DNA of 63,526 bases, counting the filler, from Octopus bimaculoides (Eukaryota): the NCBI RefSeq assembly GCF_001194135.2. It is 5 parts of 5 records of this genome, joined end to end, with 100 filler letters (N's around TTAATTAATTAA, not from the genome) between each part and the next. Parts side by side here need not be neighbours in the genome. Positions count along the whole stretch, not along the records: positions 1 to 22,926 come from NC_069006.1; positions 23,027 to 31,045 come from NC_069000.1; 3 more parts are not named here. One strand, given 5' to 3'. Both the position numbers and the translations under genes were made by a program. A model generated the notes under the pieces. That model had not been told where the DNA came from. It saw nothing but the letters and a program-made list of their open reading frames with translations, and ran no database searches. Of this stretch, positions 12,106 through 25,850 are shown piece by piece; positions within the stretch are counted from its first letter, which is position 1; the number at the start of each line of letters is the position of its first letter.

Positions 12106-12513
12106 GTTGAAACAGATATTGTTTTGCTTTGGAATTGTCATTTTTTCTTCCTGGCCAAATAAACACATGCATTATATATTTACTCTTCATTTGCTTATTA
12201 TTGTTCTTATTTCATGTCTATTGTCTGGAAATCTTTTGTCACACACCTGTGACCTCTTCAGTGACTCTCCATCTGATGTGTCTCCTCCTGTTCTATGGTC
12301 ACTATAGAAAGACAGAATGGACTAAACGGAACGGGGGCAGACACAGGGGATGGAGAGTCACTGAAGAGGTCACAGGACGTATGACAAGAGATTTCCAGAC
12401 AATGGACAGAGAATAACAACAGTAATAAACAAGTGAAGAACGAATATATAGTGCATGTGTTTATTTGGCAAGAAAAAACATGACCATCCCGAAATATAAC
12501 AAAAAAGTTTAAA
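12106..12513. repeat. Long imperfect palindrome (foldback/MITE-like), ~155-190-bp arms, ~35-nt spacer
   Basis: Left arm ...ccaaataaacacatgca...gtgacctcttcagtgactctccatc pairs with right arm gatggagagtcactgaagaggtcac...tgcatgtgtttatttgg. Confidence 0.85.
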
Positions 12514-13715
12514 CTAATTTCTTTTATGCCATAAACCATTTACCATTTCTGTGGTGCCTCCATTCCCCTTGGCACTTAAACATTTGCTTATTTTGCTTAA
12601 TGGTTAATCCAGTGCTGTTTTTAACCCACTCACACTCCTAGTTCTTCTACCCCTTACTACTCATCTGAAACCTTTGGGATCCACACAGACACCTCATCAT
12701 CCCTATTTTTATCTCTACCCTACTCCATACTGAGCACTTCTCACACTCATTTCTAAAATGGTAGTAACCNNNNNNNNNNNNNNNNNNNNNNNNNNNNNNN
12801 NNNNNNNNNNNNNNNNNNNNNNNNNNNNNNNNNNNNNNNNNNNNNNNNNNNNNNNNNNNNNNNNNNNNNNNNNNNNNNNNNNNNNNNNNNNNNNNNNNNN
12901 NNNNNNNNNNNNNNNNNNNNNNNNNNNNNNNNNNNNNNNNNNNNNNNNNNNNNNNNNNNNNNNNNNNNNNNNNNNNNNNNNNNNNNNNNNNNNNNNNNNN
13001 NNNNNNNNNNNNNNNNNNNNNNNNNNNNNNNNNNNNNNNNNNNNNNNNNNNNNNNNNNNNNNNNNNNNNNNNNNNNNNNNNNNNNNNNNNNNNNNNNNNN
13101 NNNNNNNNNNNNNNNNNNNNNNNNNNNNNNNNNNNNNNNNNNNNNNNNNNNNNNNNNNNNNNNNNNNNNNNNNNNNNNNNNNNNNNNNNNNNNNNNNNNN
13201 NNNNNNNNNNNNNNNNNNNNNNNNNNNNNNNNNNNNNNNNNNNNNNNNNNNNNNNNNNNNNNNNNNNNNNNNNNNNNNNNNNNNNNNNNNNNNNNNNNNN
13301 NNNNNNNNNNNNNNNNNNNNNNNNNNNNNNNNNNNNNNNNNNNNNNNNNNNNNNNNNNNNNNNNNNNNNNNNNNNNNNNNNNNNNNNNNNNNNNNNNNNN
13401 NNNNNNNNNNNNNNNNNNNNNNNNNNNNNNNNNNNNNNNNNNNNNNNNNNNNNNNNNNNNNNNNNNNNNNNNNNNNNNNNNNNNNNNNNNNNNNNNNNNN
13501 NNNNNNNNNNNNNNNNNNNNNNNNNNNTATATATATATACGTATGTTTATACATACATATATTGTCTGTGTGTGTGTGTGTGTATGTGTGCGTTTGTGTG
13601 TGTGTGTGTATGTGTGCGTTTGTGTGTGTGTGTATCTTAAGAAGCTTATGTCTTAAAGTACATGGATACCAAATAAAAATATTTTCACATTAAGCATTAC
13701 CTGCTAAGATTAGAT

Positions 13716-13717
<2 letters not shown>

Positions 13718-13780
<63 letters not shown>
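13718..13780 (+). repeat. (TAGA)n microsatellite
   Basis: Read directly from the sequence. Confidence 0.95.
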
Positions 13781-13781
<1 letters not shown>

Positions 13782-14619
13782 AGTATACGTACATGTGTGT
13801 GTATATGAACGTACGTATGCATACATATATGCACACACATATTTCTCTGTATGTTTGTGTGTGTGTGTAATGTATGTATATTATAAGTACATACGTATTC
13901 CATATACAAATATATTTATATCTAACACAATCAGTGCGTGCGCGTACGTATTATATAATAGTATATAATAATATACACACGTCTTCCTACCGCATTTCTT
14001 TCATTAAATCCATTTATTAATGTTCCATCCCAGAACCAAGAAAAAACAGTTGCCTACAACAAAGATTTAGTTTCCTCTTGTTAATTTTTTTATCTCCTCG
14101 CCCATTCATAAACGAAAGCTTTCTTGTATATCGTTTTTAATTTAAAAAAAAAAGTATTTCACAAATTGACAACAATTCTCTTCTCTATTTTCCTTTTATT
14201 TCTTAACAATAATTTTGAAAAATATGTAAAATGGTGGAGTTGGAACGTCTTGTAATTTTAGAGATAATTATTTGTATTATTTTTTTTTTACCCCCCCCCC
14301 CCCGGAAATAATTTTTGAAGCCAATTTCATTATTTACGGTAAATCTGAAAATAAAAAAAGGGGAACATATTTAACATGAAATAATTGGAGGTGGGTGTCG
14401 AAAACAATAAAATAGGCGATATTAATTCTAGATCAAATTTTGTTACATTTATTAATATACATCCACGTACAATGTACTCTTCACCAATCTATATAAATTT
14501 ATTAATTAGATACTAAGTACGTGAGTGCATACATACAATATATACTTACAGAGATACATACATACATAATACATATATATATACATATATATAGGCATTC
14601 ATATCTATCTATCTCTAAG

Positions 14620-14664
<45 letters not shown>

Positions 14665-15201
14665 GGACATACACGTACATAAATTTCTGTTGATTCACCA
14701 AGAATCGATAAATTACATAATACGTAAAATGTAGACAATTCTTTTAATAAACTGAAAACCTCTAAAAAAATTGCCTCAACTTCGACTCACGTTTCCTCTC
14801 TTTCAACTGGTAACCTAAACCTGTTAGCTCTTGAATCATACATTTATAATATAATTTAATATAATACAATATAATATAATATAATACAGATATAGATGTA
14901 ATATAGGGATTTAATTAAATGCTATATAATATATACTATATAATGTGATAATATAAATACTGTATATGATATATATTTATTGTTTCTGTATAGATTTAAT
15001 ATTTAAGAAAAAGTCACTGTTTTCACCAATTCCTAGATAGATACAGTTACAATTAAAATTGACCTCGTATAGAAACCTTTTCAGACTTCTGTGGTCTCTT
15101 TGAATCGTTGATTCAGGAATTTTCAAATAAATATAATGTTATATTTGGGAATGGGCATGCCTTTACCAATTAACCAAAGGCACTATATACTTGGTCTTCA
15201 G

Positions 15202-15254
<53 letters not shown>

Positions 15255-15577
15255 TGTGTGTGTGCATGTATAAATATATATTTGTATGTATGTATGTATG
15301 TATGTATCTATCTATCTATCTATATAGATATTTATGTAGAACAACGATATATATATTTAATTTGCTCCAAGTTCAAATTCTACCAACTTTCGCCTAAGCG
15401 CTCCATGCTGTTATAAAAGATGTCTCCTAGATTTTTCTACACCCTTAAAAGAAATTACATTTGCCTTCTTTCAATATATATATATATATATACACACGCA
15501 TACATTAACTGTATGCGTATATATAAATATACATATATTTATGCAGAGATATGATTAGAGATTTCTAAACAAGTTTA

Positions 15578-15672
<95 letters not shown>

Positions 15673-15695
15673 TCAAAGAGAGAGAGAGAGAGAGG
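15578..15695 (+). repeat. Compound (GT)n(AT)n(AG)n microsatellite
   Basis: Read directly from the sequence. Confidence 0.95.
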
Positions 15696-17179
15696 GGGGG
15701 AGTTGTGAGTGTATATTGACGTTATGTCGCATTTAATCTTGAAACAAAATTTCTTGAACGTTTTCTGTAAAGCAATTTTTTAAAAAAATAAGAAAATGGA
15801 AAACGACCGATAGAAGCGGTTTTAATAAACATTTCAAAGATTATTTTACGTCCTTCATCATTATTCAAATTTCTAATACCAATACTTGAAAAGGAATCAA
15901 ACCCATCAAATTACACATACACCGCACACACACATTTACACACATATCTATATGAACACTCACACGCACATATACATACATGTATATACATACATATATA
16001 TATATATACATATATGCTCATAAAAAGATATATAAAATGATAAATGTAATTGGTTATGTAGAGATACGCAAATATATTTATTACATTTTTTTTAGCTAGA
16101 ATGTATATAAGAATATATACGGGTGTATGAAAGATAGAATAAAGGATATATATGTATATATATATAAAATGATATACACACATTATATAGTGGGGAAAAA
16201 TATACGTATGCATAATAGAAAGAATAAGTTTTATGTCTCTATCTATATTTATATCTATCTATCTGTATATATATATGTATATACACGTGTGTACATGTGG
16301 ATATTATATACATGTGTACATGCATGTACATTTCATTCTGTAGAGTTTTAATTAGTGTTAATTTAAATGCCCATGATAGACAACTTGCTTCTCCCCCTTT
16401 GGTCAGCGGGCACCTAGCAAAAAATTAAAAAAATTAAAAACAACAAAAACTCTTATTCACTCTTAATAGATTGAATACAAGGAGAGAGAAGAAGAAAAAA
16501 AGCAAAAACATAAAAGAAAGAAAGAGAGCTAAAAGACTGTATGTAGACAGTTATTGGTGATCCAAAGGTGGAAGAGTGATATTTTAAAATATTATTAACT
16601 AACAACAATAAGACGTCTACATCTATGTAACAACATTCATATATTTATATCTTCTCTTCTCCTTTCTAACTGTCGGCACAGTTGAAAATTCCCTACAACT
16701 TTTTATTTTTATCCATTGCCTAAAAAAAACTCGACTCCGTTGAAACCAGGTAAAAAAAAAACTACCCGTAACATTTGTTAGTTGTTTAAAGAGTTTATTC
16801 TCTGATTTTGTTTGTATCTTCGCGTATTCTTGTGTTTATTGTTTTTCTAGATGTATTGTCATGTTTTTATATTTCTCTATTAATATTCTACTAAGGCTTC
16901 ATAGAAGTTTTATGAAAATTTCCATGAAAGCTAAATATAATGTTTCGTTTAACAGTTTTATTCTCTCTTTCTCCAATTTAGCATGTCTGGAGCCTTCATC
17001 TTCAGAAAGGAAGATTATGGCATTTATATGCATTTTACATACATATATATGTAATTTTCCTATTATATTTCAGTTTATATTAATTATCTCACATGTTTTC
17101 TTCAGCTTTTCTTCAAATTTATAAGCACACGCATTTGTGTAGATGTATGTTTCTACATATAATATACATGTATAAATGC

Positions 17180-17211
<32 letters not shown>

Positions 17212-17511
17212 TGCATGTCTGGTTGTATGAATGTGTGTATGCATTCATAGGTTTCGTTTTACAAACAGCAGGTATAGAACTCAATGCTTAAGATAAGGTG
17301 TATATATTATCAATTAGCGGTGAAAGCGCATTAGTGACTCACAGACCTAGAGTTTCGTTTCAAAGCAAAACATTTGTCAAATTCATCATATATGTGTCCA
17401 TGTGCATGTATGTAATTATATATATGTGTATGTGGTGTATATATGTGTTTCTGTGTTTGCATATGTATATATATATGTATAAACAAATATACAGAAATAT
17501 ATATGCGTATG

Positions 17512-17556
<45 letters not shown>

Positions 17557-17639
17557 AAGCATATAAAGTATAGGGTTGTAAGGTCCCTTCTGTCCTTCAA
17601 TCTTTCTTTGGGGCTGCTGCCATGAGTGGATGCACGCAC

Positions 17640-18430
17640 CCAGTACACACTGTAAACTGGTTGGCCATAACAATGCCATCCAGCCATATAAACCAGACCA
17701 AACGACATGCCACAGACCAGATCTGTGGCTGGAGCAGGGCACCAGCTGAATGAAAATTAACATGGTCGGGGAAGAACAGCATGGATAGAACCATAAATGA
17801 CAGGCCTAGAAAAAATGGAAGAAAGCAAGGAGGCAGCAACAAGGAATACCATGTTGCTCGAAGAGAAGCTGGATGACAAGTGTACATGATGGGGAGAGAA
17901 GCTGAAAGGAGAAGGCTTGCAGTGGGTTTGAGCTGGGATGATCAGAGGTGTGAAGTGATTGGAATTGCAATGCAGTGTGTTAAGGTGAACCAAGATGTTG
18001 TTGGGGTAAGGTGTGTTGAGAATGACAGTGATGCACTTTCCCTAATGGACGATGAGAAGAAAGCGTCTTGGAGATATCACTATGAGGGGTTGAAGGGAGG
18101 TCCCATATGCTGATGACCAAGTTCAAATAACAGAGACTGTGGAAAGTTAAGAAAGAAATTCCAGACATGGAAATGAAATCTAGAATGAAGAGGCCTTGGA
18201 GTAAAGTTTGTGAAGACTAAGGTTTTAATAAGTAGAAAAGAATACAGGACACTGATACCAACAAGGAAGTGGTCATGCTCAGTATGCATACAAGGAGTTG
18301 GTAGGAATTCCATTCCCTGTGTAATCTACAGGTGTGCAAGAGGTGCAGTGAAATCAAAGGAGGCTGACAGGTTGTTGAATGTGGAAAACATGTTGAAGGA
18401 AGAGAAACTTCCAAGAAGTTTGTCTAACTG
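17640..18430 (+). mobile_element. Internally deleted RTE LINE fragment
   Basis: ATDQICGW..., GREAERRRLAVGLSWDDQRCEVIG...SWRYHYEGL, then KTKVLISRK...CSVCIQGVGRNSI. Confidence 0.75.
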
Positions 18431-18459
18431 AAGGATCAGCTGTTGTGGTAGATTGTTCA

Positions 18460-20060
18460 TCAACATCATCATTTAGCGTCCGTTGTCCATGCTGGCATGG
18501 GTTGGACGGTTTGATCAGGGCTGGCAAGCAGGAAGCCTGCACCAGACTCCAATCTGATTTGGCATGGATTCTACAGCTGGATGCCCTTCCTAATGCCAAC
18601 CACTCCGAGAGTGTAATGAGTGCTTTTACATGCCACTGGCATGACACTAATATCTGCCATGACTACAATTTTACTTGGCGTGATGGGTCTTCTTCTCAAG
18701 TAAGAGATAATGCCAAAGATCTTGGTCATTGCCTCCGTGAGGCCCAACGCTCAAAAGGTGCTTTTTACGTGCCACTGGCATGGCTGTCAGTTACGTGACA
18801 CCAGCATCAGCCACGACTACTCAGGTACAGCATATCACCAAAGGTCTCAGTCGCTAATCATTGCCTCTGCGAGGCCTAAAATTCAAAGATCATGCTTCAC
18901 CACCTCATCCCATGTCTTCCTGGGTCTACCTCTACCACAGGTTCCCTCTACAGTTAGAGATTGGCACTTCATTGCAGAGCTGTCGATGTCCATATGCATC
19001 ACATGACCATACCAGTGCAGTCGCCTCTCTTGCACATCACATCTGATGCCTCTTATGCCCAACAATTCTCTCAAGATGCTTACATTCTGTCAATTATGCA
19101 CATCCAGCGAAGCATACTGGCTTCATTTCTTTCAAGCTTACAAATGTCCTTGACTGTCACAGCCCATGTTTCACTGCCATGTTGCATAGTTGTTTGTACA
19201 CAGGCATCATACAATCTGCCTTTCACTGTGAGGGACAGGCCCTTTGTTGCCAGCAGAGATAGGAGCTCTCTGACCTTTGCCCAGCCTAATCTTATTCTCA
19301 CAGCTACATTCTTGGAGTATCCATCTCCGCCACTGACTTGGTCACTTAGATAATGGAACCTATCTACTACCTCTAGCTTACCCCCTTGATGGCAGTTGAT
19401 GGAGTCTATTTTCTGCATATTTTTGGTGTTTATTGTATTTGTGCATCGTTTCTACCTACCCCTTTTCTGCAGATTGAGTAGGGCCATCTACCTGAATGGA
19501 TTTATGATTTGTCTGCCTTCCTATTTACTAAGACTTTGGTTTTTGCTCGGTTAACTCTAAAGCCCTTTGATTCTAGACCTTGGTTCCATACCTGGAACTT
19601 CTTCTCTAGTTCTGTTAGTGATTCAGCTATAAGAACAAGGTCATCAGTATAGAGGAGCTCTCAGGAGCAGCCTGTCTTAAATTCCCCTGTGGATTATGAA
19701 AACAATTAGGGGCTGAGGACTGATCCTTGGTGAACCCCAACTTGTACCCTGAATTCTTTGCTGTACTCATTACCACCTCTCACCTTACTGCACGTGGCTT
19801 GTACAGCTCTCACCAACCGCTCATCTATCCCTAGTTTCCACATTGACCACCAGACAAGGGATCAAGGGACCCTGTCAAAGGCTTTCTCCAAGTAAACAAA
19901 AGCCAAGTACAAAGGTTTATGTTTGGCTATTTCTTCTGTAGCTGCCATAACAGAAATATAGCATCAGTGGTGCTTCTCCCAGGAACAAAACATATGGTGA
20001 AAATGGCCAATAAGGATACTCCTTCAGTGTCTATCTCCTGACCAACAAATGCAAGTTCTT
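18460..20060 (-). mobile_element. 5'-truncated RTE LINE (RT to 3' UTR)
   Basis: FVYLEKAFDRVP, QVGVHQGSVLSP, LYTDDLVL, HGSETWAV, GRPRKTWDEVVKHDL; (gat)n tail at ~18460. Confidence 0.85.
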
Positions 20061-20879
20061 TTCAACACCTATACCAGATGGACCCAACTGGTTTCCTCAT
20101 ATCTTATGCTGAATCGCTAAGTTACAGAGATGTAAACACCAACATCAGTTGTCAAGCGATGGTGGTGGGGACAAACAGACAGAAATGCAAATACATACAT
20201 ACGCACACACATATATATATATATATACACACGCACATACAACAGGCTTCTTTCAGTTTCCTTATTTCTTTATTGCCCACAAGGGGGCTAAACATAAAAG
20301 GGACAAACAAGGACAGACAAATGGATTAAGTCGATTACATCGACCCCAGTGTGTAACTGGTACTTAGTTTATCGACCCCGAAAGGATGAATGGCAAAGTC
20401 GACCTTAGCAGAATTTGAACTCAGAACGTGCTAACGCTTCTGCCAGCTCACCGCCTTTTCAGTTTCTATCTACCAAATCCACTCACAAGGCTCTGGTCGG
20501 CCCAAGGCTATAGTAGAATACACTTACTCAAGTGAACCCAGAACCATGTGGTTGGGAAGCAAGCTTCTTGCCGCACAGCCACGCATATGTATATATTTGT
20601 TACATATATAACACATATAATCAATGCAAAAAGATACTATAATGATTTATTAATATATTAATATATATTAAACACACTATGATATAAGTGGCTCACTAGC
20701 AATTAAAAACCAAAAAAGAATTAATAAATAAAGGGTGCAAAATAGCGCCACCAATTTTAATTAATTCTAAAAGCCACAAAAAACACGTAAATATAATGAG
20801 GTTAGTGTATTTTGTGATTTTTTAGAGTTAACTTTGACTCTTATTTTTAGCAATTTTGTACCCTTTATTTATATATATA

Positions 20880-21260
20880 GGTGTAGGAGTAGCTGTGTGG
20901 TATGTAGCTTGCTTATCAATCACATGGTTCCGGGTTCAGTCCCACTGCATGGCACCTTGGGCAAGTGTCTTCTACTATAGCCTCGGGCCGACCAAACCCT
21001 TGTGAGTGGATTTGGTAGACGGAAACTGAAAGAAGCTCGTTGTATATGTATATATATGTGTATGTTTGTGTGTGTTTGTGTACCTGTGTTTGTCCCTCCA
21101 CCATCGCTTGACACCCGATGCTGGTGTGTTCAGCAAAGGAGACCAATAGAATAAATACTAGGCTTACAAAGAATAAGTCCTGGGGTCGATTTGTTCAATT
21201 AAAGGTGGTGCTCCAGCATGGCCTCAGTGAAATGACTGAAACAAGTAAAAGAATAAAAGA
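20880..21260 (+). mobile_element. Full-length tRNA-head SINE with internal (TA/TG)n tract
   Basis: Head gtaggagtagctgtgtggta...ggttcagtcccactgc, internal microsatellite, tail ...gactgaaacaagtaaaagaataaaag. Further copies near 20460-20585(-), 22555-22780(-), 27758-27920(+), 42985-43085(+), 43190-43345(+), 44780-44940(-), 52370-52480(-). Confidence 0.8.
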
Positions 21261-22039
21261 ATATATATTAGGGATACCAAAAAGTGAAGTCAAATATTTT
21301 AAGTAGTTTGATGTTATACCACAAATAGTTTAAAGCCAATAAAATATGTCCTTGCAATCAACCAATCAGCATAGAGTTAATGTGAGCACATGATGTGTGT
21401 GCTGAAAAGTTTGTGGTTTTGAGATAAAGAAATCAGTTAATTATAATTTTATCCAATATAATTCCCCTCTCACATTCACAAACTTATTGCAGCAGTCCTT
21501 CAGTTTTTCTGAGGCTCTTTAGAAGCAAAAAGCCCACCTTCTGGTTGTTTTTCCATTGGTAAAGTGTTCAAATGACCTGAATAAGTGCTACGTTTGGTGA
21601 ATAGTGGGTTGTAAGGTAAAAGCTTCCCAACCAAATGAATTTATCTTCTCTTGGATTATCTTCACTGAATGTGGCCTCGCATTCATTATAATCTTCATCA
21701 TCTTCATCGTTATTTAATATCTGTTTTCCATGCTGGCATGGGTTGGACACTTTGACAGGATCCACCTAGTCACAGGGCTGCTCCAAGCTCTAGCGTCAAC
21801 TTTGGCATGCTTTCCACAGTTTGGTTGCTCTTCCTAACCTCAATCGACTTACAGTATATACTGGATGCTTTTGTTTTTCATACTACCCACACCAGTGGGA
21901 TTGCTGAGTTTGAGAACAAATGAACAGGTAAGAGACAACTCCCCCCACCATGGCTAAGAAGATGGGGTATTAGGGAGGGGAGGTGGTTTTATGCCAGGTA
22001 CTGAGAGGTTGAACCAATGGCTCTCAGCCAATTTTTACC

Positions 22040-22420
22040 TGCTGCCTGATTGGCTCCTGTGCCAGTGGCACGTAAAAAGTACCATTCGAGCATGGGTTGT
22101 TGCCAGTGGCACGTAAAAAGCACCATTCAAGCGTGGGTCATTGCCAGTGCTACCTGATTGGCTCCCGTGCTAGTGGTACATAAAGAGCACCATTCAAGCA
22201 TGGTCGATGCCGTTACTGCCTGACTGGCTTTCGAACCAATGGAACGTAAAAAGCACCCACTACACTCTCGGAGTGGTTGGCGTTAGGAAGGGCATCCAGC
22301 TGTAGAAACCTTGCCAAATCAGATTGCAGCCTGGTGCAGCCCCTCAGCTTACCATCCCTGGTCAAACCATCCAACCCATACCAGCATGGAAAGCAGACGT
22401 TAAATGACAATGATGATGAT
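22040..22420 (+). mobile_element. RTE-tail SINE-like element with internal ~40-bp tandem units
   Basis: Repeated ccagtggcacgtaaaaagcaccatt units, then the RTE-type 3' module and a (gat)n tail. Confidence 0.65.
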
Positions 22421-23074
22421 GGACCCCTTTGATTACTAATCTTCTCAGGAGGGTGGGGCTTCTCATGGTCATTCAGGGTCTAAAAACTCCCTTTTACTTT
22501 TATGATTAAATATTATTAGGAATTGCACAAAAGATGCTGAAATATTTTGTGTATTGTACTCTTTTACTTGTTTCAGTCATTTGACTGCGGCCATGCTGGA
22601 GCATCGCCTTAAGTCGAGCAAATCGACCCCAGGACTTATTCTTTGGAAGCCTAGTACTTATTCTATCGGCCTCATTTGCCAAACCGCTAAGTTACGGGGA
22701 CGTAAACATACCAGCATCGGTTGTCAAACGATGTTGGAGAGGACAAACACAGACACACAAACATATACACACACATACATATCATCATCATCATTATCAT
22801 CGTTTAACGTCCGCTTTCCATGCTAGCATGGGTTGGACGACTTGACTGAGGACTGGTGAAACCGGATGGCAAAACCAGGCTCCAGTCTAAATTTGGCAGA
22901 GTTTCTACAGCTGGATGCCCTTCCTANNNNNNNNNNNNNNNNNNNNNNNNNNNNNNNNNNNNNNNNNNNNTTAATTAATTAANNNNNNNNNNNNNNNNNN
23001 NNNNNNNNNNNNNNNNNNNNNNNNNNTATATATATATATATATGTATATATATATAGAGAGAGATAGATAGATA

Positions 23075-23108
<34 letters not shown>

Positions 23109-23599
23109 CATGCGTGTGTGTATGCATATATCTATATGTGCACATCAGTTTTAAATCTAAAGATGGTCAGTACATATGTCTGCGAGAGTATGTATGTAGG
23201 TGTATGTTTGTGTATGTACGTGTGCGCATGCATATATTAGTATATATACTTATGTATTTTATTTATCTATTTTTATATATTTTATCATTATTTATTTATT
23301 CTTTTTACATTAACTTGTCCGTTTATGTTTCTGAGTCTGTTTATCTGGAACATAGCAAAACACTCAATTCACAATTCACAATCCAGTGTTGTTGAGTTTG
23401 TAGACTGAAAGTTGTTCAATGAGATTTTAAATTACACAAAGAATATATTTATCTTTCTGTCAGATAAAAAGAAGATTCAACTACGAAAGATGGACAGAAA
23501 GTAAAGAAAGAGAGGAGTCAGGGGGCGGGGGGCGAGATTCGCTCAGTGAATTTGAATATTCAAGACAAAACATTGCATAGATGAAGAAATGGGTTAGTG

Positions 23600-24240
23600 T
23601 GCTTCTTGAAGACAGACGGGTTCCTGTTTCATCATTTGTGTTATAGTATTTTGTCTAAGGTTAACATAAGTCCTGTGTTTAAGACGTTCGCTTTCCCACC
23701 ATGTTATCACGTCATCATGCAATGGCATGTCTCTGGATGTAACCGCAAGCTCTACTATGCAGTATACCATCGTAAAAAGAAAGCGGAAGTAAATTGTCTT
23801 AAAAATGAAAGTAAATTGTGATGGAGACCGGAAGTAACGACAGTCTTTGAGCCACACGTACATTGGTTGAATTATTGATAGAGTTAAATGGCTCTTCTGA
23901 AAAGAAGATGTGGCTCGTGTAGGCCGAATGAATCCCCAGGAAAAACACCACCGCTTCCCGTCAGGTCTTTCTTTACAGCTCTATAATTGTGAAGGATTAT
24001 TGCATTGCTTCCATGTAACTGTGTTGGTTATCATGTGTCGACTTGCGAGCCACCAAATTTTCTTCTCGGTGGTATTCGTTGCCGGATATAGTACGTTGGA
24101 ACGGTGTACCTCAGCTGCTGTTTCTGGAATATTTACAGGATCACTAGATTTCACTGTACTTCTAGGTGGACATAGCATAAGGAAGAAGTCCTATATGTTC
24201 TTTTTATGAAAATATCAGATGTCATTGCTGTCACTTCTGG
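23600..24240 (-). mobile_element. Merlin-related fragment homologous to 7560-7960
   Basis: Shared blocks atggctcttct and gaacggtgtacctcagctg; similar ttttatgaaa...gtcac. Confidence 0.6.
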
Positions 24241-24768
24241 TTAACCTCAAATAGTTGGTTGTTTCTTTGCAAAAATCTTGCTATCATCTCAATGGCTTCG
24301 CCATGGTTTATCACTTATAATAATTTTGCATTGACTTATTCATTTTATAACCTCATGTATCAGTTCATGTATCACATGTAGTCATTATAATATTTCGAGT
24401 GAAATCAAAAGGTAAATAATATATTCGAAATCGATAGTTTCTTTGAAGAAGCTGATTGGTTAAACCAGAGGTTCTCAACCATTTTTTTTTTATCTATGGA
24501 CCCCCTTTGATTACTATTTTATTCAGATGGACCCCACAGCCATTCGATGTTTAAAACTAGTCATATAATTCCTATTTCGTTATTCATTAACTTGTGTTGG
24601 TTGAACTATGTAAAGTGTGTAGAGAAAGAAACCCAGATGTTTCTTGCAATAAACACCAATACATACGTCTAAAGCAAAATATTTTCAGGAGCCCTTAAAA
24701 TACTAATGCGGATCCCCAATTTACTATTTTACTACATAGACCCCCCAAAATTCTTACAAACCACTAGT

Positions 24769-24820
<52 letters not shown>

Positions 24821-25153
24821 GGCGCATGGCTCAGTGGTTAGAGCGTCGAGCTTACGATCGTGAGGTTGTGAGTTCGAATCCCGGACCGGGCTGCGTGTTA
24901 TGTTCTTGAGCAAGACACTTTATTTCACGTTGCTCCAGTTCACTCAGCTGTAGAAATGAGTTGCGACATCACAGGTAACAAGCTGTATCGGCCCCTTTGC
25001 CTTTCCCTTGGATAACATCAGTGGCGTGGAGAGGGGAGGCTGGTATGCATGAGCGACTGCTGGTCTTCCATAAACAACCTTGTCCGGACTTATGCCTGGG
25101 AGGATAACTTTCTAGGCGCGATCCCATGGTCAGTCATGACCGAAGAGAGTCTC
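24821..25153 (+). mobile_element. tRNA-head SINE with conserved-core-like domain
   Basis: A box TGGCTCAGTGG, B box GAGTTCGAATCC; core tgttcttgagcaagacac...gttgctccagttcactcagctg. Confidence 0.85.
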
Positions 25154-25329
25154 AGCATATATATATATATATATATCCATTGATGTGGGCGTTCGATCCC
25201 AAACGTGTTCAACTTATCATTTTTCATCATTTGTTTAGATTATGTCATTCTACTTGGAGTATATAATAATAATAATAATACATAATTATAGCTGTTATTA
25301 TGTGTATATATGTGTGTGTGTGTGTGTAC

Positions 25330-25850
25330 AGCTTGCTCGTTAAATTAACGTGCATGTGGCTGAGCACTCCAGAGACACGCGTAGCCTTAACGTAGTCCAC
25401 AGGGAAATTGAGCGGGACACAGAGTGTCATAAGACTGTCCCTTTTGCAATGAAGGTACAACTCATTATTGCCAGCTGAGTGGACTGGAGCAACGTCGAAT
25501 GAAGCGTCTTGCTCAAGGATACAACGCGTGGCTGGGAATCGAACTCAAGAATATCCTAGCCACCAAGAAGCGCACCTTTACTATATATAATAAATAAATG
25601 TTTCCTTCTCGAGCCATGCCAGGCTCATGAGGGCACGGTTTCCCGGTTTCATGGCGTATCTATTCCCCTCCTGGACGGGACGCTAGTCACTCGCAGGATA
25701 ACTCATTTTTGCCGGCTGAGTGGACTGGAGCAACGTGAGATGAAATGTTTTGCTCAAGAATACAACGCGTCGCCCGTGCAGGAATTAAAACCACAACCAT
25801 ACGATCACAGGTCCAACACCCTAACCACTAAGCCACGCGCCTCCACTTCA
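25330..25850 (-). mobile_element. Two more SINEs with the same core but different tails (~25330-25580, ~25600-25850)
   Basis: Both contain gctgagtggactggagcaacgt...ttgctcaag(g/a)atacaacgcgt; the distal sequence differs. Confidence 0.75.

Noticed and set aside
22040-22260. Repeat units resembling a CRISPR array
   Set aside because: Eukaryotic context; the units are internal repeats of a SINE-like element without unique spacers, and there are no cas genes.
22971-22982. TTAATTAATTAA islands inside N runs (also 31090-31101, 59980-59991, 61393-61404)
   Set aside because: Identical six-frame-stop spacer between Ns; an assembly linker, not biology.
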